From Chiloscyllium plagiosum (taxonomy: Eukaryota), in contig NC_057749.1 in assembly GCF_004010195.1 (NCBI RefSeq), forward strand, positions 7,523,416 to 7,587,415: a stretch of 64,000 nucleotides of DNA. Reading direction: 5' to 3'. A program made the translations under genes and the position numbers. Of the stretch, positions 38,951 to 52,123 are shown one piece after another (positions within the stretch are counted from its first letter, which is position 1; every line of letters starts with the position of its first letter). Under the pieces are notes generated by a model. It was not told where the DNA came from. It was given only the letters and a program-made list of their open reading frames with translations, and made no database searches.

Positions 38951-39789
38951 GGTCAATGGCAGCTGGTCTGATACGCTTCATTTCTTTGTTGAGACTACAT
39001 ACTGAATGTGACAACTGAGTGGCTCATTGGGTCATTTCAGAAAGCAGTTGAGAGTCAACCACATTGTGTGGGTCTGGAATCACATGGAGGCCAGACCAGG
39101 CAGGGATGGCAGTTTCTTTCCCTGAAGGACATTAATGAACCAGATGGCTTTTTCCAACAATCGTCAATAGTTTCATGGTCATCGGTAGAATCTTAATTGC
39201 AGATTTTCCTTTGAAACTGATTTCAAATTTCACCAGCTGCCCTGAGGAGATTTGAACCTGTGTTTCCCAGAACATTAGCTGAGTTTCTGGATGAGTAGTC
39301 CCACAATAATACCACTAGGCCATTGCTTCCCCAGCTACAGACTGGACCCTACTATGAAAGACAGTTCCACGAGAAATTTCCAGACAAGTTTCTGGTATTC
39401 TATATCAAATGGATCTACCAGACATGTTATAGCAGAAACATACAGGATAAAACCCAGAGCTCACAATGCAATAGAACTTGTGCTGGATGGAGTTAAACAA
39501 TGATCACAAGAGCTAATTTCACAGCAGAAAAAGTGCAGAGAAGCTCCAATAGAAGAGAAATAAGAGACTGTAGGGGAAAGAAAAGTTAATGAACAGCATT
39601 ACTTAAGTGCAATGTCATGAACGGGATCATCATATCAGCAGAGTCAAAACATAGAAAATAGGCACAGGAGTAGGCCATTTGGCCCTTTGGGACTCATCCC
39701 CCATTCATTCTGATCACCCAACTCTAGTTATTGGAACTGGGCAAAGATCTTGAATGTAAAATTTTTTTTCATGATTGGATGGAGATGAA

Positions 39790-40300
39790 GGTCAGTGTTA
39801 ACTAGAAGACACAAACTTGTAACAAGAACAAATAAAACTTATACCTTGCTACTTTTAGAAATTTGGACAGCAACTGAAGAAAATAGAAGCCTTTGAATTG
39901 TGGATGCTGAGTCATAGAGTCATAGAGATGTACAGCGCAGAAACAGATGCTTTGGGTCAACTCGTCCATGCCAACCAGATATCCCAAACCAATCTGGTCC
40001 CATTTGTCAGCACCTGATCCATATCTCTCTAAACCCTTCTTATTCATATACCCAACCAGATGCCTTTTCAATATTCTGTATGCTAAAATCTCCAGATACT
40101 GCATTGAGACAAGTGAAGTGCTCAAAATTGCAATAGCTTAAGAACTCCAAAAAGTGACATCCAAAACAGAAAATGTCATTATTTTGGCCGTTTGATCAGA
40201 GCTGATAAGATAGGGATCTCTTTCAGAGAGCAGGGTACAGGGCAGCAGAGAAAGGGATCGACAGAGATGCAGATGCCAGCAGGCAAGAGCGAACAACTCC
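39790..40300 (+). mobile_element. RTE-clade LINE C-terminal remnant, split by a CR1 tail
   Basis: KKIEAFELWML before the 39909-40070 insert; KIS....TSEVLKI...RKCHYFGRLIRAD after it. Confidence 0.55.
39909..40070 (-). mobile_element. CR1 LINE tail
   Basis: gagtcatagagtcatagagatgtacagc... is the reverse complement of the tail. Confidence 0.85.
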
Positions 40301-40881
40301 AGTGGTGCCCACGTGAGGATGGGGCAGGGCAGATGACTGTGACCGACCACATCAGCAGAGCCCCTCCCAGAAATGACTACAGGCTACAGTAACCATGCTG
40401 CTGCCACACTCCAATGTGAGAACATGGAGTGACAACAGTCACTTGGAGGCATCATCTTCCTTTTGAGATGTTAAACAACAGGAAACATCTTTCTCTCCAG
40501 GAAATCACAGACCTATTTCAAAGGAAAAGGGGTGAGAAGGAATGGCTGAGTGAGTGCGAGGGGAAGAGAGAGAATGGATGGGTGTGAGAGATAGAGACAG
40601 AGAGAGAAGGAGGATGGGTGGGCATGATAGAGAGAGAGGATGGTGAGTGAGAGAGGGGGGAGAGGAAATAGAAAGGTGAGGGGAGAGGGAGAAAGAAAGG
40701 ATGGATAGGTGAGTGAAAGAGAGAAAAAGGGGATGGGTGATTCAATTACTTCATACACCTGGCTGCAACATTTATTAAAAAGCCAAAATTTGCATCCTTG
40801 CTAATGAATATGTCCCTTCCTCAGGCATTCTCTCAAGTTTAATAAAACCTGAGAGAGAGAGAGAGAGAGATAGATACATAG

Positions 40882-40975
40882 TTGAAACTTTATTGCTGGA
40901 ACAGCACAGCAGGTCAGGCAGCATCCAGGGAACAGGAGATTCGACGTTTCGGGCACAGGCCCTTCTTCAGGAATG
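40882..40975 (-). mobile_element. Penelope-like family A fragment with an intact minimal hammerhead motif
   Basis: Minus strand 40974-40939: attc CTGAAGA a gggc ctgt gccc GAAA cgTC gaat. Confidence 0.75.
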
Positions 40976-42359
40976 AATGATACACAGACAGACACACAGA
41001 CAGATCTATCTACTCATCTCCTGGCCAATATGTATTCTTCTATAAAACCTGAAAAGGAACCAACATCATCTGCCATTATCCTATTGCTGTTGGTGGGATC
41101 TTGTTTTTCTGAAAATTAACCACTGCACTTTTTATCCTTCAAGAATTTGAATGAGCTGCATTGGCTGTAAAGTCCTTCAGGAATCATGATAATCAGAAAA
41201 GGTGCTACATAAATGTAATTTACGAAAAACAAAGGAAACCTTTCGCATGCACGCGAACAGCTCAGCTCCATTATCACTGCTTAAATTACCCTATTCTCAT
41301 GCAATGAATGTCAGCTGTCCCTTGTGCTGAATCCACTCCTGGACCATGGCCAAAACAGGTTTGATTCTGAAATGCCACTTACAATATGTAAGCCATTAAT
41401 GTTAGTTAAAGGCAAGATGCATTTCAATAAAACAGACAGAAGACAAAAGATTTTGAAGGCAGACAAACAGGAAAGCGAGAGTGGGATGTCACACAATGAT
41501 CCAGGAGGCAAAAGGAAACGACGATGAAGGTGTTGCGTATTACGACAGATGGATTCCACAATCATCTCATGCTCCATTTGCCCCACCCCACCCCCACTCC
41601 GCTCTTTGTGGTCCGGTGGTAGATCTTGCCAGCACATACTTGATGGGGCTAAACTTAACAAAGCACCCCCTACTGCACGTGTGCGACATTTTCATTTCTT
41701 TCAGCAGCCTTCACTGTGGCCACACGGCGAGAGAGTGCCAATTATCTGCCAATTAGTGCCAAATTATAGGCAGCTGTGTGCGGTGGGCCCATGCCCATGA
41801 CCAAGTGAGTTCACGTCATTTCCCAGGGATTTTCCTGAGGGAATGAGGAGACAGCCCCTTATTATTCACTCTGGGCTTATGCGAGAGTGGCAGTTGTGTT
41901 GGAAGTTCAGTGCTGACTGACAGAATTTTAATTTAAATGATTTTTGTTCCAACTATGTTTACATTTCTGGGGCATTGGTCATGTGCTGGCTTTGAGATAT
42001 CCAGCGTCGAGCACTGGTGAAGCAAAGGTCACATCCACACTCCCAATTAGTACTGCTAGGCTTCTCAGTCTTTTCCAAAATTAAATTCAACATGAACTTA
42101 GGGACAAAGGAGCTGCTTTCTCCTTTAAAGCTGTGTCATTGCATGACTCGAGTACATTTGCCAAATGAAACTTGGGTTGGACCTGAGCAGGGGGCATACA
42201 CAGATCAATGATAGAGACTGCACGTGTGAGCGATTCACTCCTTTTCATTATTTCAGAAATAACAGAGAGTTGTGAACACAACCCAGTCCACCACAAGAAC
42301 CAGCCTTCCTTCTATTGACTGCATCTATATTTCCTACTGCCTCGGGAAACCACCAACAA

Positions 42360-43145
42360 AATCAAGGACAATATTCTCGGTTATACTCTCTTCCATCGGG
42401 CAGAAGACATAAAAGTTTGAAACCACATACCAGCAGATTAAAGAACAGATTCTTCCCTGCTGTTATCTGACTTATTTGATTTGATTTATTATTGTCCCAT
42501 GTACCTGCTTTCAGTGAAAAGTTTTGTTTTGTGTGCTGCACAGACAGATTATGACATACAGAGTGATGGAATACAGCAAGAAATACAATGTTATGGCTGC
42601 AAGGATGGTGTACAAAAGCAAGATCAACATCAGATTGGAAATTTGAGAGGTCCATTCAACAGTCTAATAACAGCAGGGAAGAAGCTGTTCTTGAACCTGC
42701 TGGTTCTTGTGTTTAAGCTTCTGTATCTTCTGGAAGAGGTTGGAACAGATTCTAGCCAGGGTGAGAGGGATCTTTGATGATGAAGGCTGCCTTTCCATAT
42801 AGATGGAGTCAATGGATGGGAGGTTGGCTTGTGTGATGGTCTGGGCTGTGCTCGCAACCGTCCGTAGTTTGTTATGGTCCTGAGCAGAGCAGTTACCATC
42901 ACAAGCCATTATGCATCCAGATAGAATGCTTTCTATGACATATCCATAAAAGTTGGTGAGAGACATTATGGACATGCCGAATTTCCTTATGAATGGATGT
43001 CTCAAGTTTATCTTTCTCTGCACTCTCTCTGTAGCTGTAATACTATTTTCTGCGTTCTTTTTCTATTACCCTGGTGTAAGGTATGATTTGTCTGGCTAGC
43101 ATGTAAAGCAATACTTTTCACTGTAACTCGGTACATGTGACAATA
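42360..43145. mobile_element. Rex1-like LINE 3' fragments in mixed orientation
   Basis: Minus-strand RKFGMS..SLTNFY...IESILSGCI and RRYRSLNTRTSRFKNSFFPAVIRLLN (about 42475-42990), flanked by plus-strand pieces of the same tail. Confidence 0.75.
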
Positions 43146-44240
43146 GTTAATTATATGTTTGACTGAAGATACAAGCCAATTATTGACCAATCATGATTTT
43201 GGAATGAAGACCCACACAGCAGACAAAGCAAAGGAAACTAACTTTAGACCACATTGATGTGATTCAGGGCTGCTGGATCATGCAATGTTTCAGCTACTCA
43301 GGGCTCTATGGCTGAAGGTTGCGGGACCAGATCCTGCTCCAGAGATTCAAGCCCAGGCCGACCGTCCCAGTCCGGTACCGAAGGAGAATATGGAACGAGG
43401 AGAAGGAGAAGGCATTCAACCCCTCAAGATGGCTCCACCATTTAAAACAATCATGGCTAATCACATCTTGGCCTCAATGCCCATTCGCTTTAACCTGTTA
43501 TTAATTAAAGATCTACGTCCTCCTTAAATTCAGTGTCCTGGCATCCATCAGACTGTGAATTCCACAGTTTCACAAGCCTTTGACAGAAGTAATTCCCTCC
43601 TCATCAAGGTCCATATTGCATCTGCCACCCCTTATTCTAAGACTGTCACCTCTTACTCTAGATTGACCCCCCGGGAGGGAATAGCATCTCCACATCAACA
43701 TTGTCAAGCCACGATAACATTTTACCCACATCATTTCGATCACTTCTGATTTGTCTCAACTACTTAGAGGGCTGCCTTTCAGACCAGATTTTAAATGTCT
43801 CAGGTGAAACATTCTGGAAGAAGAATGTGGAGTTATTCCTGGTGTCTGATGAATAATGAGAAAAGAAATTCATTCTCCTGTTTTCCTCCTAGTCCTTGTA
43901 CCATCAGAATTTCTTTGTCTCCCACAATGACCAAACGACCCCTCAATATCCTTTGAGTCAATGTGAAATAACCCCAGCCTGCCCAACCTAATGTCGGAGC
44001 TAAAATCCCTCAAGCCTAGACCTGTTCTGGTAAGTCTCCATCGCATCCAGTCAAGAAATCTTATGTTCATCCTCAAGAGTGGTGGTGAGGTTTTAACATC
44101 ACAAATATGGAAATATCTCAAACCTCATGCAGTTTGTGTGAACTCCAACTGTTACGAGCAACGCAGGCAATCAAGAGCCGGTAGTGATTAGGAAAACCAC
44201 CAGGGCTTTCCCAGCAAATCCTGGTTAATCCTGGGTGACA

Positions 44241-44697
44241 ACAGTTAGCACTGCTGCCTCACAACGCCAAGAACCTGGGTTTGATTCCAGCCATGGGTGA
44301 CTGTGCGGAGTTTGCACATTCTCCCAGTGTCTGTGTGTGTTTCCTCCAGGTGTTCTGGTTTCCTCCCACAATCCAAAGATGTGTAGGTGAGGTGAATTGG
44401 CCAAACTAAATTGCCCATAGTGTTCAGGGTTGTGTATGATAATAGAGTAGGGGAATTGGTGTGGCTGGGTTACTCTTCGGAGGGTCAGTGTGGACATATT
44501 TGGCAAAGGACCTGTTTCCACACTGTAGAGATTCTATGACTCTATGAAATTCTAGAGTCCATGAATGTGCAGGTTAGGTGGATTAGCCATGGGAAATGTG
44601 GGGATAGGGTGGGTCTGGGTAGGATACTCTTCGGAGGGTCTGTACATACTCAGTGCACCAAATGGACTTTCCTGCACTGTTGGGATTCTATTCTATG
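44241..44697 (+). mobile_element. HE1-type SINE followed by a 5'-truncated second copy
   Basis: Copy 1 at 44241-44546; copy 2 at about 44562-44697. Confidence 0.82.
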
Positions 44698-45450
44698 CTT
44701 TCCTGTCTCCTTGGACCAACTTTGGGGATGTTGCATTTTTTCAGTTGACTGAGAGTTCACTTTTTAAGAGTGTGTAAGCAAGGCACCTCTCACCAGAAAG
44801 GGGCTGCCTTCATACAGGAATATTCTCTGCAATATACCCCTCACAAATACAGACTATTTCATTCTTTCTTCGTGAGGAACTACTGTTGACACTAACGAGT
44901 GAACAAGCCAACCAGTAAATGCAGTCATTGTTGATTACTTCTGGTTATCCAATACTCAGTCAACCTTTTATAAATAGATTTGTAATTTTAAGATTAACAC
45001 TTAGTTTTTCTTATGCGATATACTCTTTGGTCACTTTTTTTTCCCCATCTAAAGAGAGTCTGTTTGTTCCGTCTTTGTTTTAATGCATTGAGAGAGGTCT
45101 ATGCTTGTGTGTGTGCTCCCTCATGTCAGTAAAGCCAGTTGGCTTAATCTTACTCGTGTGTGCACATGCAGAGTCAGTCATAATAACAATAATAAAGTTC
45201 ATTAGTGTCAGCAAACAGAATCTATGCTGTCAACCTCAGCAATGCTGTAATAGAATTACAATTAGCATATGTTTTATTGTCACATGTACTCCAGTACAGA
45301 AATACAGTGAAAAGTTTACAATGTCACTTCTTATGATGTTATTTCAGGTACAAAGTGCCTGGGTACAAATCTTAGATACAAATGAGGAATAAAAAAAAGG
45401 TAGTTGCATGACTTTACAGTGATTCATAAAATATGTTAGAAATATGACAA

Positions 45451-45650
45451 ACGGTCAGTTCTGTTATAACGAGACACTACTGTTACTGTGCAATCCCATG
45501 TTATAAGAAAATTGTGTAATAGCAACACCATTTAAACTAAATGGGGCCAGAATTGCATTATAACCAATACACGCTTTAGAAACAGTGCCCCCAATTCATC
45601 AATTGTGTTGCAGCAAATTTGCAGTAACGAAATATAGCAGAACGACCTCT
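45451..45650. mobile_element. Second, inverted and more decayed copy of the same MITE
   Basis: caccatttaaactaatggggccagaa is the reverse complement of the internal part of 4773-4988; TIR remnants at both ends. Confidence 0.7.
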
Positions 45651-45849
45651 GTTAAAAGGGTAGACATTACAGTCAGATAAACAATTTATAAATAAACATT
45701 ACATTGCAGTAACTCAGCACAGGGACTTCCATATGTGGTCTGAACGCCCATGCCAAACCCCAGTCTAACAACCATCCTCACTCGACTCCAAGCCTCCAGC
45801 CCCCTCTCAGCTGTTTCAAGGTAGGTTTTCTTTAGGATTTGCCTCCCTC

Positions 45850-46660
45850 GTCAGCCTCCGCTCCAGGACTGCATTCCCCCACACCGGCCTCTGGTCCAGG
45901 ACTCATGTCCCCACGCCGGCCTCTGGTCCAGGACTCATGTCCCCACACCGGCCTCTGGTCCAGGACTCATGTCCCCACGCCGGCCTCTGGTCCAGGACTC
46001 ATGTCGGTCCAGGACTCATGTCCCCACGCCGGCCTCTGGTCCAGGACTCATGTCCCCACGCCGACCTCTGGTCCAGGACTCATGTCCCCACGCCGGCCTC
46101 TGGTCCAGGACTCATGTCCCCACGCCGACCTCGCTCCAGGACTGCATGTCCCCACGCCGGCCTCCGCTCCAGGACTGCATTCCCCCACACCGACCTCTGG
46201 TCCAGGACTCATGTCCCCACGCCGGCCTCTGGTCCAGGACTCATGTCCCCACGCCGACCTCGCTCCAGGACTGCATTCCCCCACACCGACCTCTAGTCCA
46301 GGATTCATGTCCCCACGCCGGCCTCTGGTCCAGGACTCATGTCCCCATGCCGGCCTCTGGTCCAGGACTCATGTCCCCACGCCGGCCTCTGGTCCAGGAC
46401 TCATGTCCCCACGCCGACCTGTGGTCCAGGATTCATGTCCCCACGCCGGCCTCTGGTCCAGGATTCATGTCCCCACGCCGGCCTCTGGTCCAGGACTCAT
46501 TTCCCCACGCCGGCCTCTGGTCCATGACTCATGTCCCCACGCCGGCCTCTGGTCCAGGACTCATGTCCCCACGCCGGCCTCTGGTCCAGGACTCATGTCC
46601 ACACGCCGGCCTCTGGTCCAGGACTCATTTCCCCATGCCGGCCTCTGCTCCGGGACCTGC
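45850..46660. repeat. GC-rich minisatellite, 32-bp unit, roughly 24 copies
   Basis: Unit ccggcctctggtccaggactcatgtccccacg (actcatgt at 45901, 45933, ...), with an interspersed variant ccgacctcgctccaggactgcattcccccaca. Confidence 0.95.
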
Positions 46661-48521
46661 TTCCTCATGTCAGCTCCCACTCCAGCTCTCATTTCCCCCA
46701 CAGTGGCTTCCGTTCTGGGATTTACTTCCCCATAATGGTCTCCGGGACTCACCAGCGTCAGAGTCCGGTTTAGAATCACAACCTCCATTCGCCTTCGGGT
46801 AAGTCCAAGTCAAAAATGGAAAAAGAAAATGCTAAACAGAGAAAAGAGAGGGATACAAAAAAAGGAAAAAGAGAGGGCGGAGCAGAGGAACACCATCAGG
46901 ATCATTTTACTCTGGTGTCATCTGGCCAGAAGTCTGGCGACATTGTTACTATTAATGCCAACTGAATGGCATACTGCTAACACGATGGTGCATTCTTTTA
47001 ATTCATTCAAAGGATGTGAGCACAATGGCTGTGGCCAGCAATTATTTCCTGTATCTAATTGCCCAGAGGGCAATTCACAGTCAACCATATTGTGGAGTCT
47101 GGAGTCCAGAATTAGGCCACTTTTACAATTAAAAGACAGTCAATCTGCATGTCACAAATTGTGTGTGTGTATGCGTCACAATGCATTAAGCTATGTGGAG
47201 GCTCGAGGTGTTTGTTTGAATTAAACTTTGAATTCAGTTAGTCAGCAGGTGAGAATAATTGATGTGTGGAAAACAACCAAGAGACGGTGACAACTTTGGG
47301 TCTGATGGAGCTTTTTGTTATTCATTCATTAGATGAGAGCATCATTGGCTGGGTCAGCAAATTTTGCCCATATCTAATTGCCCAGAATGCACTTAAGTGT
47401 CAACCATATTGTTGTGGATCTGGAGTCACATGTAGGTCAGACCAGGGAAGGATGGCAGTTTTCTTCCCTTTGAAGTCCAAAGATAAAGCTAGACACACAC
47501 CCGAAGGAGAATAAATGCAAGTTCTATCCTGTATAATGCAGTCTATAATTGTCTTGTGCTGAAAACTAGTCCCAAAGTTAGCAAGAGGTAAAACAGCAGG
47601 AAGATTTGTTTAACTTGATACTAAAGAAGTAACTCAATAGCAATCCTCTCAAGAAAAGGTCGTTCACTTCCAAAGCTCCACTCTTGCAAAGTTATCAACT
47701 CGGTTGCATTTTGAAACCATTAATGGCTATTGGAAGTCATGGGTCTTTTATGACGTTTTAAACTATAGCACGAGGGTCACAGAGATGCCTGTGGCTGAGC
47801 TATGGATTTCTGGATTGAGTGTTGAGGTTTAAAAGAAAATCAGAAGGTCACTTGTCCTCAAGTTAAAGGAAGGATCATCCTGGGACAACAGCTGAAACCC
47901 TGAAGAGAAGTAAAGTAAATGCCAGACATACATTTTTCTGGGACCAAACTAAATGTATTTTCAAGAGTTTACAGCATAGATCTTTAAAGATTGAATGCTA
48001 TATTAGTATCACTTGCTTACTCTAATTTTTCTATTTCTATATGTGATAAAGTTTGTTTTTCTTCTGAAAAATGAAATCATGCGACAGTTCTGTCAGTTAA
48101 TTCATGAAGTTCACATCTCTTCTTTAAATGTTAATGGTCCCTAACAGGTAAGTTATTTATAACACTTATTATTTATGTTCTATAGTTCCAGATACTACCA
48201 CAGGTGAAATTTGTACCTACCCTATCAAAATACTTCATTATTTTAATGAACTTCAGTTTCATCATCATTCAGTCTTTCCTCCTCGAGGGGAATAAAAAGC
48301 CCAGCTTGTTCAATCATCACTACTGGTTACAATGGCTCAGTTTTGTGTTTTCTTTGAGCAAGTTTTTGTGTATCATCTCCTGTGCCTCTGAATTCTTGCA
48401 ATTATAATGCACAACATTCCAAATTCGGTCAAAATATCAGGGAAAGTCACTACAATGCTGCTGGATTGTTACAGAAAGCCCAAATGATTTTCTAAGGTCT
48501 TCAGTAACCAATACGGACAGG

Positions 48522-49153
48522 TGTAATGATACTACGGCTTTAAGAGGTGAATTTTCTCCTGTCTTTTTTTGAAGTGAGGTTTTATAGACAGATGTACAGA
48601 GCTGTCTATTGAAATCTGACAAAGCCCACGAGGTATTGTTTTTTTTTAAGTTGGAACAGTAGAAGCAGCCTGAATGGGTCGGGCAAGACCCCACAGAACC
48701 AGGACTTCTAGTTTTTGCTTTTCCGTGGAAGTTGCTGGGGTCTTGAAGCTGAGTGAGGAAACTGTTTTGCCACTCTCAGTTACACTGAAAACTGGGGATT
48801 CTCTTCCTGCTGCCAGAATTGCACGTGAGACGTTCAGTTTGACTAAATTTGCCTTTTACCAAGGCTGTGGTTATGGATGTTACAATATTGGAACAGTTAC
48901 TGTTTAGTAGTTAAATAATCTATAATTCTGTTAAGTTTTCCAATAGAGTTAAGGTATCCACTTTTTCTTCTTTCTTTTGTTGTATTTTAACTGTAGTGCA
49001 CAAATAAAGTGCGATTTGCTTAATGCTGAGTAGTTTGACCAATCAAATTGCATCTGCAATGCCATGTTTGAACTTATCTTAAAAATAAGAAAAACTTAGG
49101 GCAAAGACTATCCTCTGAATATATTTTGAGGGGATTTGATCAGGTCCATAGCA
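48522..49153 (+). mobile_element. Possible solo LTR
   Basis: TG...CA ends and AATAAA near 49002. Its organisation resembles 56525-57045 and 47700-48150. No clean target duplication. Confidence 0.35.
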
Positions 49154-49236
49154 CATGGTCGGATCTATACACAACTACAGGCTCAGATCCATGACATAGA
49201 TACTTGTAGTTAACCTGTTCAGGTGCATTATAACAT

Positions 49237-49533
49237 TGGGAGGCACAGTGGCACAGTGGTTAGCACTACTGCCTCACAGAACCAGAGACCCAGGTTCATT
49301 TCCCACCTCAGGCGACTGTCTGAGTGGAGTTTGCACATTCTCCCTGTGTGTGGGTGGCTTTCCTCTAGGTTTTCTGGTTTCCTCCCACAGTCCAAAAATG
49401 TGCAGGTTAGGTGAATTGGCCGTGCTAAATTACCCGTAGCATTAGGTGAAGGGGTAAATGTAGGGGAATGGTGGGTTGGTGTGGACTTGTTGGACCGAAG
49501 GGCCTGTTTCCACACTGTAAGTAATCTAATCTA
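49237..49533 (+). mobile_element. HE1-type V-SINE
   Basis: Head, V-domain and taagtaatctaatcta tail. Confidence 0.88.
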
Positions 49534-50699
49534 AAAAATATATCTGGAGAAAGGTGAGACATGAAACTGGAATCATTTTCATGAACATGAGAGCCTCTCA
49601 GTTGTAGCAAGCGATGACAAAGTTTCTCGTAACAATTGAAAGATAGGCGCTAAAATGTCAGCTTGCCCCTATTTGTGACCTGCCTGGATGTAACAGTCAG
49701 TTTTAAATCAAAAGTAGTTTTCCACTCCGGGCATACAGCAACTAATACTGACATAAACCACTGAAATTCATTTTATATTAGGGAACCAAAGCAGCAAGCT
49801 TTATATAAAATAATCCAGCACAGGAGCCAGCTCTTTGATCCATCAGGATGTGCTGGAGCTATACAATGAGTCCCTTCCTGTTTCTGCACAGCCATGTGTA
49901 CTTTCCCAGATCTAGCACATGTCCAATCTCCTTTTCAAAGTTATGATTGGATGTGCTTACTCTAGCCTTTCCCTCAGTACATTCCTGGATGACAAAACGC
50001 TGCAGATATTTCCCTTGCCTGATGTCATTGGTTCTTCTGCAAATTACCTCGAATCTGTGTCCTCCGGTTATCAACTCTGCTGCCATGGAAAACTGCTTCT
50101 AATGACGCTCATTAAAACCCTTCATGATTCTGAACACCTCTCCCATCTTCTGAAACAAAAACTAGGGATGCATATTTGCAGCAAGTCATGGAGATCTTTG
50201 GCATTTGATTGTCAAGCTGATGCTCAGTGTGCATGTACCAAAAAATAAAATGATACAATCGCTTGCAAGTAGGCAATGGCAGCTTGTTAAGTAATTTGTT
50301 CACCATCAAGATCACCAAGTGCTCAATTCTAACTTGGGTTGACATATCATTCCTTGGGAAAGCCTTTGAACCTGTCATAAGGGATTGTTTGTCTTGCCTG
50401 TGATAGCAGTGCTTGAGCTAGTAGGTTCAAATGGAGTGGCCTCAGAGCAGCTGGAGAATATCACACTTCTCCTGAGAATAGATGTGGATAGCACATATCA
50501 AATCCGGCTGCCAACCTTGCCCATTAAGCTGCCAGCTGTATCCTTTCTGCAGTCTATCAGCTTGCAAAGTGAAAGCAATAAACAGGGCTCATTTCCAATT
50601 AGCTCCATTCCCTACTTTCTGACAGAAACATTCCCTTAAAGTCCAACCCTCTTCCCTTCTCACTGCCCGATGCCCCAAAACAGGCCTGCTTAGGTGACT

Positions 50700-50960
50700 C
50701 AGTGATGTTCATCTTTCCGTTTATTATACAACATTCGCTGCTCACATTGGGCCTCCTCTACAATGAAGAGACCAAAAATGCTGGGTGACCACTTTGAGGA
50801 ACATTTCTTTTCAGGCTACAAGGAGTGACCCTGAACTTTCAGTCGCTGTCACCTCAATCCTCTACTTTGCTCTCACTTTGACCTCTCTATCCTTGGCCCA
50901 CTTCAGCGTGTACAGTGGCTACGTTTTTAATGGAGGATACTTCACTACGAGGCCCTGCAA
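50700..50960 (+). mobile_element. Decayed Penelope-like GIY-YIG endonuclease fragment
   Basis: Frameshifted pieces read IRCS..GLLY.EETK..LGDHFEEH...DPELSVA.H.N.....H.DLSILG, resembling the C-terminal GIY-YIG domain of Penelope elements. Confidence 0.6.
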
Positions 50961-50994
50961 GATTTTGCACTGCATCTGACCAAACCCACCTCGT

Positions 50995-51282
50995 TATTCT
51001 GAAAATAAAGAGTAAGTCATTCAGGCCTGAGATGAGGCAGAATTTCTTCACTCAGAGAGCTGTGAGCCTGGGGAATTCTCTCCCGCAGGAAGCTGTGGGG
51101 GCCAGTTTGTTAGATCTATCCAAGAGGGAGCTGAATGTGACCCTTGCAGTGAAAGGGATCAAGGGGTATGGGGAGACGGCGGGAGTGGGATACTGAGATT
51201 GTATGATTAGCCACGATTGTATTGAATGAGGGTTCAGGCTTGAAGGTCAGAATGGCCTACTCCTGCACCTATTTTCTATGTT
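50995..51282 (+). mobile_element. CR1 LINE 3' end
   Basis: LKIKSKSFRPEMRQNFFTQRAVSL.NSLPQEAV.A. Confidence 0.82.
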
Positions 51283-51449
51283 CCCATTAACTACCTACCC
51301 CACTCATATGGTGTTCCATTCATCCAACTCCAGCCCTGCCTTGGCACCTGCCACTCAGTGGATATCCGCCTGCATCCCTGCTACCCACCCCATATTGAAA
51401 AGGTCACCGAGCATCTGAACTGGCACTGGCATTCCGAAGCTGCCCTGGT

Positions 51450-52075
51450 CGGTGATGGACATGGGTCAAAAACGGAGGAGTGAGAGAGGACGGTGCTGCG
51501 ATTCTCCAATAGAAATCGGGTGGACCTGGAGGAAGGGGTGCTATGGGGGTCGGGGGGTCAGGGGGGATGGTGTCCCTCTCCCAGGAGGACTGGCCCATGA
51601 GGCCATGCCATCAGGACATGCCAACCTGGTCCAAGGTCACCACCCAGGATCAGTGCCACCTCCATGTTGCAGAGGAACAGGCAGAGGTCCCTGCAAGATT
51701 AGTGACCTTTCCTCGCTGTGCCCAAGATAAGTGCCACACTCTTGCCTCCGTTACCTCAATCTCTGCTACTGAGCCTAATGCTCAACTGAGGCTCTCGCCC
51801 TGACACTCACTTGGTCCACAACATCTTCCCTCGCCCCACTCTCAGCCTGCCACATCACGAACCCTGCATGCCAACTGCGCTGCCTACTCACTCTGTCAGA
51901 ATACCCCACCCACTATTCCATCACCTGTACCAGCCACCCCTCAGCTTACACTGATTCCCTCACTTCTTCTCGTGCCAGAAGAAAGCAGCCCACACCAGGG
52001 CAGAATGGACCTGGAGGGCTGCCTGACACCAGGCTCCTTGACCCTCCTGGGAGGACATAATCCCAGTCCTCGCAG
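51450..52075 (+). mobile_element. Possible decayed PIF/Harbinger Myb/SANT-like ORF remnant
   Basis: GC-rich island with frameshifted pieces WSKV....SA.S...R and K.AH.R....GG.PD.R.LT, resembling Harbinger DNA-binding proteins. Confidence 0.4.
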
Positions 52076-52123
52076 GAAAAGACCAGGATATCTCCTGTGG
52101 GGATACTAGGATACATCTGTGTC

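Noticed and set aside
45839..46802. 298-aa and 277-aa repetitive ORFs, and a CRISPR-like look
   Set aside because: A head-to-tail 32-bp minisatellite with no unique spacers, no cas genes and a eukaryotic context.
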